From Lytechinus pictus (lineage: Eukaryota): a stretch of DNA of 64,000 nt. The position numbers were made by a program, and so were the translations under genes. This document shows positions 25,795 to 37,108 of this stretch, piece by piece. Below the pieces are notes generated by a model. That model saw nothing but the letters and a program-made list of their open reading frames with translations. It did no database searches and was not told the origin of the DNA. How positions within the stretch are numbered: the stretch's first letter is position 1; every line of letters begins with the position of its first letter. The stretch lies in NCBI RefSeq assembly GCF_037042905.1, contig NC_087256.1, positions 25,606,001 through 25,670,000 of the forward strand. Reading direction: 5' to 3'.

Positions 25795-26051
25795 GCTCAG
25801 AAAATCAACTGGTGATGGCAATGACCAACCTTGGACACCTGAGTGACCCCTTACCATCCTTTTCCTGGACACCTTCTTTAGATGCTCAGAGGTCTTTGAC
25901 ATTGCAGGTGGAATCCGTGATCTACTACTGTCTCCCCTCAGGGGTGTGTTGCAGGCAAGCCTTTGGATTCAGTGTTCCAGTTTCCAGGATAGAGGGCGCT
26001 CCACAGACTGTGAAGGTTGAACTGTCTCATCAAGTACTGGAAAATTCTTGA
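25795..26051 (+). CDS. NHLRC2: NHLRC2 last coding exon
   Basis: LQVESVIYYCLPSGVCCRQAFGFSVPV matches the YYC....C motif at the NHLRC2 C-terminus. Polypyrimidine tract + TAG acceptor, phase 1, TGA stop. Confidence 0.88.
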
Positions 26052-28597
26052 AGTCTTTATCTGCAGCGTCCAGTAGCTTCAGAGGCTTAATCCAGGTACC
26101 TTTTAAAACTGCCTTCCCTCAGGTGTGTGTTGCCGGCAAGCCCTTGGATAGAATCTGTGTACCGGTACTGGTTTTCCACACTAGATCTACAGGGTGCTCC
26201 ACAGACTGTAAAGGTTGAATTGTTGCATCAAGTACTGGAAAATTCTTGAAATCTTTTTCTGCAGCTTCAAGTGACTTTACAGGCTTAATCCAAGTACTGT
26301 TCTACCACTTCCTTCCCTTGGAATCATTGTTGGGAAAAAGTCTTATGGGGTGTTGCAAGAAACTGACGATCACTTGCAAATCTATTTTTGGTTGCAAAAT
26401 CAATCAATTGCCAAAACTTATTGCAAATTTGAAATGAACTTCCGATCTGCACCTTGAATCAAGGAGTGTAAAGTGATTTGCTTCAGCTGAAATTGATCTG
26501 TCAATTGTATAATTGCAATTGATTGCCACCATCTTCCTGCAACATACTCTTATTTTTCAAGCTAAAAGTGAGCAAGTCTCAATATAGAAAATAAGAATAT
26601 ATAAATCACCCAAGAGTGATGAGGCGGTTCGAGCTATGTTATAAAGTATTTCGAAGCGGTTTTCTCTGCAGAGCAACAGTACTAAATTACTTTCATTAAG
26701 TATTCTTTGTCTTCCAAAATCTTAATACTATGGGTGAATTGTTCACAGAACTTTCTGAAACCTAATCCACTTGAACTTGTTCTGCCTTTGATACTGAAGC
26801 AGGGGCCTCGGAACTGCAGGGGCTGAAGGTCTTCAGCCCCCCCCCCCCCACTATTTTCAGTAAATGTGTTTAAAATGTAAAATTACCATCTTATTGTGAA
26901 TGGTTAGACTTCCTCCCCCACTATGGCTCTGCCCCCCTATCAAAACTGTTCCATGGCCTCTGTGAAGGTTTTACCTGTATGCCTCTACTGTTCCTCCTAT
27001 AAGATGTATTTCTAACAAATATTCAAAAGTTGCAAACCAAGCCCTTATTCAAATCTGCCCAATGAGTAAAGTACCTGGTTCCTATTTCATAAAGAGTTAC
27101 AACTATTGTAACTGCCACAGAAATCTTGATTGTGATTGGCTGCTATGACCTGTTACCATTGTAGTTAGTGTTACGGCAAATTTTCAACAGATGTTTGCCC
27201 ATTATGAAATAAGGCCCTTGTATTCTGTGATTAGAAATCCTACCCTGACCAGAAAATATCAGGTACATGCACTTTGCTGTAGTGGAGTGTTTATCCTACA
27301 GAGAAAAGTTCTTTCTATGAGCTTATGTTTTTCATAATTATGCATCTTTCACTTTGACTTCTTCATGGACATTAGATATTTAGGGGCATAGAAGCAGATT
27401 ATGAGAACTTTTTGTGAACTTTGGCAAGAGGATTGGATTTACTTGGATGTTAGGATGTAACAAATATGTTTATGTGCCCCCAAATGCACACATTTCATTT
27501 TAGAATGAAGCATTCTTGTTAGCCACGAGAGCTTTACCTACTTCAAGCAGGTATGAATGTGCAAATTAATCATTAGGTATTTAGTTCTCTTAATTATCAG
27601 ATATTCCCCCTGATCTGACGGCTTTTTATACTCCATCAAATTATTGAAAGACCTTGAACGTAGTATAAGTTGTCTGTATTCTCATGAACTGTGGTCTGAA
27701 ATAATGAATTACCCTTAAATTATTAGTGCTTTATCTTTTCTATCATGTTATCTAATTCCTATTATTGTAATGTATTCTCTACATTTATTATTATTATTAT
27801 TATCATCAATACCATTATTAACTGTCACCGTGTTTGTTTTGTTTATAAAGTATAATTGTTTATGATCCCACTTACAGTAATAAGTCGGGTAATATATATA
27901 GATATTTCTCGCAATGAATATGAATATTTACATTTATGGTCACATAAGGGAAGTTTAGTAGCAGGCAAATGGAGGAGGAATGTATTTGAAGAATGAACAT
28001 TGATTAATTAAGATATATAATATTTATAAATTATGTGTTAGAACTCAATATGCAGACAAAGAAATTTATTCATTCAAATGAATTATTTTAAACAGTGTAA
28101 TATTTTATATGATAACCCCATCATGTACAGGTATCTATCATTTTATACACAATTGTATGCTGAGGCTGTTGGTTATTCATAATTTTGTCCTGTTTGATAA
28201 TTTTGTCATATACCCCAAGTCTAGTTTCCTTAGAACCTGAGATAGAGTTCTCATTCATCATGTAACCTGCTGAAGAAATAAACCCTTGCCTCAGGTGGGC
28301 TAACAAATCTACACAGTACTATTTCTTGGAGGTTTTAACCTGTTTCATAGTGCTATTTGTACGTATATTCATGACTTGATTGGTTACCGTGTCTTGTGCT
28401 AAATGAGAGTGAGATATTCCCTGTTCTAATGGGATGGGAATGAAATTTTGATAGTTTTCATCAAATCTCAATAACAAACTTTGCCTTAAATACTTGGGAA
28501 CACTGATGATTTGACTGCAATTAATTCAGATTTCAACTTAAGTTGGTTCAAATACAAACCATTGCAAATCTGATTTATCGCAAGAATGGATCACCTT

Positions 28598-28748
28598 GGC
28601 CCCGTAACACAGATTAGCCAGTCGCAAAATATAATGGCCTATCAAGATCATCGTTGCATGCACATTTTGCTCAGTAGACTGACTAGGAACCAATCAGAAC
28701 TGCTCTTTCAAATTAGCAATTAATCGCTGACTTTTGTGTTACGGGACC
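28598..28748. mobile_element. Harbinger-like MITE (GGGCCCGTAACACA family)
   Basis: TIRs GGCCCCGTAACACAG / TTGTGTTACGGGACC. Relatives at 35969-36098, 50683-50811 and 61262-61389. Confidence 0.7.
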
Positions 28749-29947
28749 CAGAGGTATGTAAAGTTGTGGGGCTATAGAGGCCACACCCCTCCCCATATAA
28801 AAAAAGCTTCATGACCATCAAGAAAAAAAGGAAAAGGAAAGGGTGAATAGATGATATCAGAGAGATATATATATATATATATAAAATAAAAAAATAACCA
28901 CACATTGTAAACTCCTGAAGAAGACAGAGGACCGTCGAAAATTCGAGTGAACAATAAAAACTTTATTGGCAATCAAAGCATTATCATCAGCATTATTTTA
29001 TATATATATATTTATATGCCTACATCATACGTAAGGGCGAAGTCTATGAATTGGTGTATTCCATCATAATAGACATTTCGACGTATAGGCGAATGTAGAG
29101 GGCGTTAAGGCGAATTGTGAACAATGAAAAAAGACAAAAGAATTGGCCTTTACGGCGGATCTAGTATGATATATATATTCAGAGAAGAAATAGAGGGAGA
29201 GCCCAGGACCAGGAGAGAGGGTGTCAGGAGTGGAGAAAGAGAATGAGACTAGGAGAGATAGGACTAGGAGAGTGACCAGGGAGAGGTATATGTGATGTGT
29301 ATGGGAATAAACATCAGAAACATTATTTGAAAGGGTCGGGGTGGAATCTTGACCATGCATGCATGCATGGAAAATATGCATGTGATAGAGAACGGCTGAG
29401 TAGCTCAATTTGCTCGTCCAAAAGATGATTGCAAACAAAACAAGAGGCAGTCTCATTTGAGGAGCAATGGAGGGGAATCATGAAAGATTTGGTCCCCTTT
29501 TTGTCAGTCTGAGCCAGAGTAAAACACATTTGGTTATTCAATTACTGTAAGCCACAGGCCTATAGGAGATTTTCTTGTTAATGTTAGACCGGTAGCAAAT
29601 GATCCAATTATTTGAGGTATTGCATGTGTAAAAAGATTCTTTTGTAAAGTCCAGAAACGAATGGCCTTTTAAAATGAAAATTCTATTTGGTGAAAAATGT
29701 TGCTATGTATTTAGAAAAGTAACCTTACCTTATTTATCCTTTCCTTTTCTCCCCCCTTTTTATTTTTTTGGGGGATGTGGAACTTTTGGAAGGCTATAGT
29801 ATAGGGTACGTACGTAGCGGCCATCGTAAAAATATGTCATGCTAGCTAGCGCGCGCTATCGATCGGGTCGGGATTGCTGGTAGATCGTGTGTCCGGCTCG
29901 GCAGATCATCTTCTCTCTTGTTTTGTTCTAATAATTTTGCTTCAAGT

Positions 29948-30232
29948 ATGATGTTGGCAATTTTAGGAGGATTTCTAGATGAAGAAATATCATCAGAATC
30001 TTCTGATGATTCTGACCAGTCAGCAAATGAACAAGATCACAAACTTAAGAACAAAAGTGACGCAGACAAATCTGAAATACCTTCCAGTGAACTTATTATA
30101 CCTTCGCATCAGTTTTCGGCCCCCGGAGCTCCGGCGGAAGATGCACCCAGCAAGCCGCTAATCCCCGATGATTCTGCCAATTCAGTTGCAGGAGACAAGA
30201 CAGACTTTCTCTCGAAATATGATCAGATTCAG
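29948..30232 (+). CDS. FAM204A: FAM204A coding exon 1 (acidic, low complexity)
   Basis: ATG at 29948, donor CAG|GTATTT. Gene model 29948-30232, 30892-30994, 32056-32249, 33652-33798, 34601-34702 (276 aa), phases compatible. CpG-rich upstream region at ~29800-29900. Confidence 0.8.
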
Positions 30233-30891
30233 GTATTTATTTACTTACTTACAGTTCGTCTGTTATATTTCTCATGTTACAGTTTATGTATAAATATGCA
30301 TCTATGATCTATGTATGAACTTCGTCACTCGTGTTCGAAAAAGACGAAAAAGTGAACTTGAAGTTGAACTGAAATCTGAATAGAAATCTGAATATAAGTA
30401 ATGTATAACTCTAAACAATCTCCATTTTTGTCTCGCCTGCATAGCAAAGTCACAATGTGTGTGGTATCTCTTTGACTGTTGATACATGTAAATAGATATA
30501 AATATTATTATTAATACGGTACAGCAAATAAATAGGCCTGGAATTTTATCAAAACAACATTTTGAGAAAACTTTACTTGTCTTGCTGCTTTTTAATACAT
30601 ACACATGTAGCTAGAGGTCTAATTATTGAGAAGTACGATGAATGCATTGAGTCGTAAATTGTTATCATTCAAGTTGGTCTAAATCATTTTCTTTTTTTCA
30701 TGAGACTATTCTGCTCAAAATTTTGCGTTATGTTTAAAGAACTTGGCCTGATTCATTATTCAAGAAGTACAAGCTTGCTGGTTTGTTCTGGTTGTAACAA
30801 CTTTTAGAAGTATCCCAAAATATTTTTTTTAATGAAAAATGTGATTTTTATCATGATTTTTTATTGTTATTGTTATTTTCATTTTCAAAAG

Positions 30892-30994
30892 AAATTTCAG
30901 ATCTTGCAAGCACAGCGAATACAAGCAACAAAAGAAAAAATTCCAGAAGGACATAGAAGGAGACGGAGGAGAAAGCGCAGAAATCAATTTCAAG
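30892..30994 (+). CDS. FAM204A: FAM204A coding exon 2 (basic NLS-like)
   Basis: KFQILQAQRIQATKEKIPEGHRRRRRRKRRNQFQ. Donor G|GTAAGT. Confidence 0.88.
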
Positions 30995-32055
30995 GTAAGT
31001 GTGACATTTGGTCTTCTTGATGTAAATTAGATAAAGACATCTGGCATCTGACTTTTGGTTGATATGGATGCAGAAAAATTTGGAGATAGGCCTATAATTG
31101 TGCCACTCACATGAATTCATGAACTGCTCCCTTACAATGTAGGATGTGATGTGTACCATTGTGTAAATTACCATGTTATGGTTTGTATTATTTCTAAGCA
31201 TAAATGATGTGTCTGAATTACATAGGCCTATATATATTCAACTTACTTTTTTAAAAGTCACTTCATGATACATGATGTAGGATTGATGGGAGAAAAGCTT
31301 GCATACCAACTCTTTTAAATCTTGAGTTTGGTATTATTGATTTTTCTGCTTAACCAATCTGACATCAAGCCAGACCTCCCTTCTTAATTTTGTATGTTAT
31401 CCTCACAACTGATAGTCAAATTGAGTTAATTCTGTTCATACTCCATGGTTTTATAAACTACATGTGTAATTTGGTCTAGGTAATGGGACAAATGGATGTG
31501 TGAATGGATTAATGAATAAGGGTCAGTGTCTTTGTAGTCTTTGTACTGTCATGTTTTGTTTGGGGCTTTTTCCCCACTTTCCATACTCAATAGTACTAAG
31601 TCGATCATGATGTAACTGGAAAAGTCAGAGAGAGGATATGAATTATAGTTGTTGTCAGGAATGCCTTTTTTTTTATAAAAAAAGGTATTTCTTCCTTTAA
31701 ATCACATTTTCATGAAATTTTAATTTCCTATTCATCGATCATATTAATATTGTCTACACATCCTTAAAAACGTGATCACATTAGTTTCACTGTATTTATC
31801 TTGACATGGAGATGAAGCAATTTTTCAATTCACTCCCCCCCCCCCCCCTTCTGATGATTTCTGTTTTTGGTTGGACTGGCTACTGTTCTGAAGCGTGTTG
31901 GTTTAAAGGTAAAAGAAAGTAGCTGTATTTATTGGATTCTGTTCCAACTCATTTTGAGATTGTTACCACAACTGGTATTTATCTTTAAACAAGTAAAGAC
32001 CTCCAACTTCATGTCAATAAAACTGTAAACCCTGTCTTTTGTTTTCTTCGTACAG

Positions 32056-32249
32056 ACAATCAAGCTGATGACTGTGGCAGTCCCAGCAAGAAACAACACA
32101 GTGAAGAATTGTCTTCAACTTCAGATGGGCCTTCAGAAGCAGGACCATCCAAGAATGAACAAGAACACTGGGATACACTGAAAGAATACCTTGATGTCAA
32201 CTCTCACATAAGTCAGGGTGTCGATCATGGCCACCTTGCGCCAGATAAG
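32056..32249 (+). CDS. FAM204A: FAM204A coding exon 3
   Basis: ..EHWDTLKEYLDVNSH.. corresponds to the vertebrate QWKELTQYFGVND motif. AG/GT flanks. Confidence 0.9.
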
Positions 32250-32297
32250 GTGAGTGTGAAAGGGTTTTGGGATTAAATTCTCTATTAAAACCATCAC

Positions 32298-32990
32298 GGG
32301 TCGTGTGGTCCAGTGGTTAGAGCATTGGAATTATAATCGCAAGGTTGTATGTTCGATTCCCCACTCTGCCATTGTCTCCACTTTAATATCTGTCGTCTAT
32401 TAAGGTCCGCCACTATGACTAATCAACCTAGACTTAAAGGCCCGAATTCACAAAGGTGGTTTAAAAAACCCACGGTTGAATCCATGATTTATGCAGATTC
32501 CCTGTATAAATTACGCTTAATTCAGCGTGTATCGGGCGCGTGTATAAAAATTGTCCAACGCTGATGCACGCTTTTGTCACATTGATGCCTGTAACCATGG
32601 TTAGATACGCTATTTTATTCATGAGTCCACTGTTTGAAGAGTGGACTCATGAATAAAATAGCATAGATAACCACGGCAACAGGCGTTCATATGGCGCACT
32701 GTGACAAAAGTGCGCATCAGTAGTGGAATTTTTGATACACGCGCCCGATTCGCGCTAAATTAAGCGTAATTTATACAGGGAATCTGCATAAACCATGGAT
32801 TCAACTGTGGGTTTTCAAAACCACCTTTGTGAATTCGGGCCAAAATGTTTCCAAGGTAATTGGTTATATATCAGCTTATAGTTTACCAGCAAAAAAAAAG
32901 TTGTCCTGCCGAGCTCCTACGGGAGTTACCATAAAACAGAAACACCTAAAACTGACTCTAAGCTGACTGGTGGTATGTAATTAAGAATAA
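32298..32990 (+). mobile_element. tRNA-derived SINE interrupted by a palindromic MITE
   Basis: A-box TGGTCCAGTGG and B-box GTTCGATTCC in the head at 32298-32370. 3' end approximate. Confidence 0.55.
32439..32841. mobile_element. Near-fully palindromic MITE
   Basis: GGCCCGAATTCACAAAGGTGGTTT..AAACCACCTTTGTGAATTCGGGCC. The arms pair almost to the centre (GAGTCCACT/AGTGGACTC). Confidence 0.88.
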
Positions 32991-33651
32991 GATAGTAGCT
33001 TTAATTGATCTGGAGGTTTTGTCGTTGATGTAACTACAGCATAGTTAGGGCTAGGGTTTTGAAAGACATCTAGTCCAAACTAAAAAGTGTGGTTTTGAAT
33101 CCTTCTTTTGTTAAGGGTGCTAAACTATGTTTGTTGCTATGTTTCAAGCTCACTGTTGATGTAAATTATAATTGACTCGTTAACTCGAATCCTTGGGCCA
33201 GTTGAAGCCTCGTAGTATCAAGGGTGATATAGTACCTTTTGACAAATGCTTGCTTTCATTAATCCATTCATAAATTTTAAGCATAATTAGCAAATGAAAT
33301 GTGTATTTATAAACAATTGTTTCAGGCCACAGATTCACTTTCCCCTATGCAAATTTGGGCCATTGAGATTAAAACACAGTTGCCTTCGTACAAAGTGTCA
33401 AGTAATTGTAACTGAGAATGCAAATATGAAACGATGAAACAAAAATTGTTTTGAAAAGTGATTCTTCTAGAATCTTAATCGCCAGGAAGATTTTACTTGA
33501 ATTCATGAATTAATTAATAGTAATGCCTGTCTTTTGGGATATTTTATCCATATTTGTTTTGAAAATATTTGTGAAGTAGCCAGAGGGAAAAAATTCTTTA
33601 ATAAAATATTTCGATTTTTTTCCCTGATTCTCTCTTTTAAAAAAAATCCAG

Positions 33652-33798
33652 TCTGGTCTGGAGAAGAGGTTAGAAAAGGCAATTGCTGAAGGTGAATTTG
33701 AGAGAGCAGAGAAGCTGAGCGAAAAACTATCTGTGAGGGATTTAGGATGCAGAATAGCAAATGCCGCAAACGCTCGTGACTACATGAAATGGAAGTTG
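33652..33798 (+). CDS. FAM204A: FAM204A coding exon 4
   Basis: SGLEKRLEKAIAEGEFERAEKLSEKLSVRDLGCRIANA. AG/GT flanks. Confidence 0.94.
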
Positions 33799-34600
33799 GT
33801 AAGGAACTTGAATCTGTCTGATTTCTTAATCCTTTCCTTTTTCAAACATTGTTTCTTCTAGGATTTAGCTTGGAAAAAAATACTTGTTAACAGTCCAGAT
33901 AAATCATTTTAGTGGTTAATTAGATATTCATTTTATACATGTATCTGATATTTTTTCTGTGTTTTTCAAGATTATGTAAAAAGCTATAAAGGCTGTCTAC
34001 AAGGCAAGCATCTTCAATGTGTGTTCCAGGCCCCCCCCCAAAAAAAAAAAAAAAAAAAATTCGGGGGCTACTTTTCACAACCTACTATCTAAATATTTAA
34101 CATTGAATAAGCTTTAACATTGCACTGAGTGGGGATTTCCAGGGCACTTTTTGATTTTCCATGGCATATCTGATCAATCGCAAATATGGAAAGCCAGCAT
34201 ATATGTTCAAAATATATTCTAGCTATGACTTATTTTCACACATCCATTGTTTTCTTAAAAATTCAGTGTGCTTCTCTTTGTTTACAAAGAATATTTTGCA
34301 AATTTCCTGCAGACAAAAATATGGCATAGATGGATTTCCATATATTGTTGAGGTTGATCGGATCAATTGTAACTCTTTGTAAGACGGGGCCCAGGGCGCT
34401 TTTGAGTGTTTCGGGGGCAAAATCACCCCAAGCCCCTGTGTTACTTTACCTGGTGTGTTCCAGTTTGCATACAGATTAAGAGAAATGAAAAAGAATATGC
34501 TCTTGGGGAAACTAAATACATGTACAATGTTTCGCCTATTTATGATTTAATTTATTTTTCAACCTCGCCCCTTCCCCCTTTTTCTTTATATTTCCTACAG

Positions 34601-34702
34601 GAGAGAGAAGAAGAGAAAGCAGTCAAGAAAAGGAAGAAGAAGAAGAAATTAGCCTGGGGATTTGAAGTGAAGAATAGATGGGAGATGAAAGCGAATATGT
34701 GA
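34601..34702 (+). CDS. FAM204A: FAM204A last coding exon
   Basis: KKKKKLAWGFEVKNRWEMKANM*, the conserved FAM204A C-terminus. AATAAA at ~34895. Confidence 0.95.
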   Translation, partial: EREEEKAVKKRKKKKKLAWGFEVKNRWEMKANM

Positions 34703-35274
34703 ACCATGAGATTTGTAGGTGAAACATGAATGCTATGAAATGGAAAGAACACAACAGAACTGAAGACTCTTGGTGAGAACCCAAAGTGCTCAGTGGAATG
34801 CATTTCAACATATATATCCAGTATTGGTTTTAACTTGGCCTGACCGAGACTGCTAATCAGTGCTGTCATTTGCTGCGCATTGGTGGACCAATGAAATAAA
34901 GAAATCCACCGAGTCAAAGACTTTGAAACAAACTTTCAAAGGAAAGGAGAGAATCTGTACTTTTTTACGGCTCAATTTTCTTCAGAGAATTTTGTAAAGT
35001 GGTGAAAAAAAAGAAGAAAAAAAAGTGAGTGAGTGAGTGAGGGACATCATCGACTCTCTCATTTGCATCTCACTGAGTTTTGCATATAACTGTTTTGTGA
35101 AAAATAAGTAAAACTTTAAAACGTCAAACCTTCTTAATTTACATGAGATCTTGATGAAATTTTCATTCAGACTTAATATCTTTGTGAATCACCCCCCCCC
35201 CATGTGAATTCAGGGGCCTGTTGCTGAAAGAGTTGCAATCAAACACAACTCAAAAAATCAAACACAAATATTAA

Positions 35275-35875
35275 AGGTCAAGTCCACCCCAGAAAATTGT
35301 TGATTTGAAACGATAGAGAAAAATCAAACAAACGTAACACTGCAAATTTCATCGAAATCGGATGTAAAATAAGAAAGTTATGACTTTTAAGTTTCTCTTA
35401 TTTTTCACAAAATAGTTGAATGCACAACTCAGCGATATGCAAATGAGAGAGTCGATGATGTCTATCACTCACTATTTCTTTTGTTTTCTATTGTTTGAAG
35501 AATACAATATTTCAATTTTTACAGATTTGACAATAAGGACCAACTTAACTTAACCATAAACTGTTAAAATAATGGTAATTCCACATGTTCAGGGAGAAAT
35601 TAAACTTTTTTCACTTGACAAGGAGGAGAAAATTAAAATATTTCATATTTCATGTAATAAAATACAAAAGAAATAGTGAGTGAGTGACGTCATCAATCTG
35701 CCAATTTGCATACCAACCAGGATGTGCATATAACTGTTTTGTGAAATTACGCGAAACTTTAAAATGTCATAACTTTCTTATTTTACATCCGATTTTGATG
35801 AAATTTTCAGTGTTTTGCTTGTTGGATTTTTCTCCCTTTTTTCAAATCAACTTTTTGTTGGGGTGGACTTGTCCT
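35275..35875. mobile_element. Full-length Kolobok-like MITE nested in a Harbinger-like MITE (~35214-35967)
   Basis: TTAA TSD (35271-74 / 35876-79). AGGTCAAGTCCACCCCA / TGGGGTGGACTTGTCCT TIRs. Host ends GGGCCTGTTGCTGAAAG / CTTTTCTGAAACTGGACCC. Confidence 0.85.
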
Positions 35876-35968
35876 TTAATTTTGAGCGAACCAGACTCGC
35901 ATATTTTGGACTTGCGCTTGGTTTTTAGAGTTATGTCTAAATGCAACCCTTTTCTGAAACTGGACCCT

Positions 35969-36098
35969 AGGTCCCGTAACACAAAGATTAGTAATCAATT
36001 GCACGCTTCATTTTCACGATTGATTGTACATTTTAGCCAATGGAATCAATGGTAGAAAATTGTTGTACCATTATTGCTGAGTTTTGTGTTACGGGCCC
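35969..36098. mobile_element. Harbinger-like MITE (GGGCCCGTAACACA family)
   Basis: GGTCCCGTAACACAAAG / TTTTGTGTTACGGGCCC. Confidence 0.75.
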
Positions 36099-36844
36099 CT
36101 GGTCATGTTAATTGTGTTATGTGTTTGAGGTTGGAAATGAGAATTGTAAATAAAACTAAATATGAATATTCAATACCACATTATTTGTTTACTCATTGAG
36201 TGCAGTCGAATACTACAGAGGGGTTCTTTGTATATAAAATAAAGTTACATGATGACCTTAATCAGTCCTGCCTTAATTATGGATAAGTGCAAATTTTCAG
36301 AGGGCCTTCACACAAGACTACCTCATGAACTTGCTGTTTCAATTGCCTTAAGTACACAGATCATTGTAGGCTGTGTATTCAGACCCCTTAACTTGAGTGA
36401 GGGGTTTGCACAGCAGACTTATGTTAGACTACTGTAAACACCATGTATTTCACATACATACAGTATATCTTCGCAGTTGTTGTGTATTTTGGGAAGTTCA
36501 CGAGGTAAATTTCATGACTTGGCAATGTTTCCATTTAAATAAATGGCCGTGTATTGAAGCAGAAATTTGATTCGAGAAATTTGCGAAAACAAAACCACCA
36601 CGAACATTACTGTGTATGCAGTACCCAATATAGCAGAGCAACTCCGTAACAACTGACCATTGTGATCATGCCGCATAGGTCTACTACATGTGACAACTAT
36701 CTAGGCCCCCGCAATATAAAACTTAGCAATTGATTGTGGGGCTTATTTCTTTGATTGATTGCATTGTGGACGATCAATCTTACATATCTGCCTCATGATC
36801 AGTTGCTAAACTTTTGAAGAAAAAAAATGAAAATGAAAATCTTA

Positions 36845-37108
36845 ATTTATTGTTCGAAATTAAAGAAATCTGAAACAGAAATACTCAGAAAATTTGTCTC
36901 GTCAAATTGATCATGGGCCCGGCAGCCTCTGTGCAGTGCCAGACCGACGAGGGCCTCGTCATGAGGCTCTATCCCTTGAATCTTTGAACGCCAAGCAGGG
37001 TAGTAACAACTCCCATATTTCAACATCTTTTGGTCTGATGCGGCTGGGGCTTGAACTCCCGACCTCCCGGTTGTGAGGCAGACGCTATACCAACTGAGCC
37101 AACACACC
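36845..37108 (-). mobile_element. tRNA-derived SINE, family A
   Basis: Minus-strand head GGTGTGTTGGCTCAGTTGGTATAGCGTCTGCCTCACAACCGGGAGGTCGGGAGTTCAAGCCC with A/B boxes, followed by a non-tRNA body and an AATAAA tail. Confidence 0.85.

Noticed and set aside
35684-36055. Recurring short ORFs with KCHNFLILHPILMKFS (also 21818, 45058)
   Set aside because: Translations of the same non-coding MITE arm, with no transposase motifs.
37035-37108. tRNA-Val-like gene (also at ~63135-63207 and ~32298-32370)
   Set aside because: The acceptor stem does not close, and the sequence runs into a shared SINE body present in several copies.
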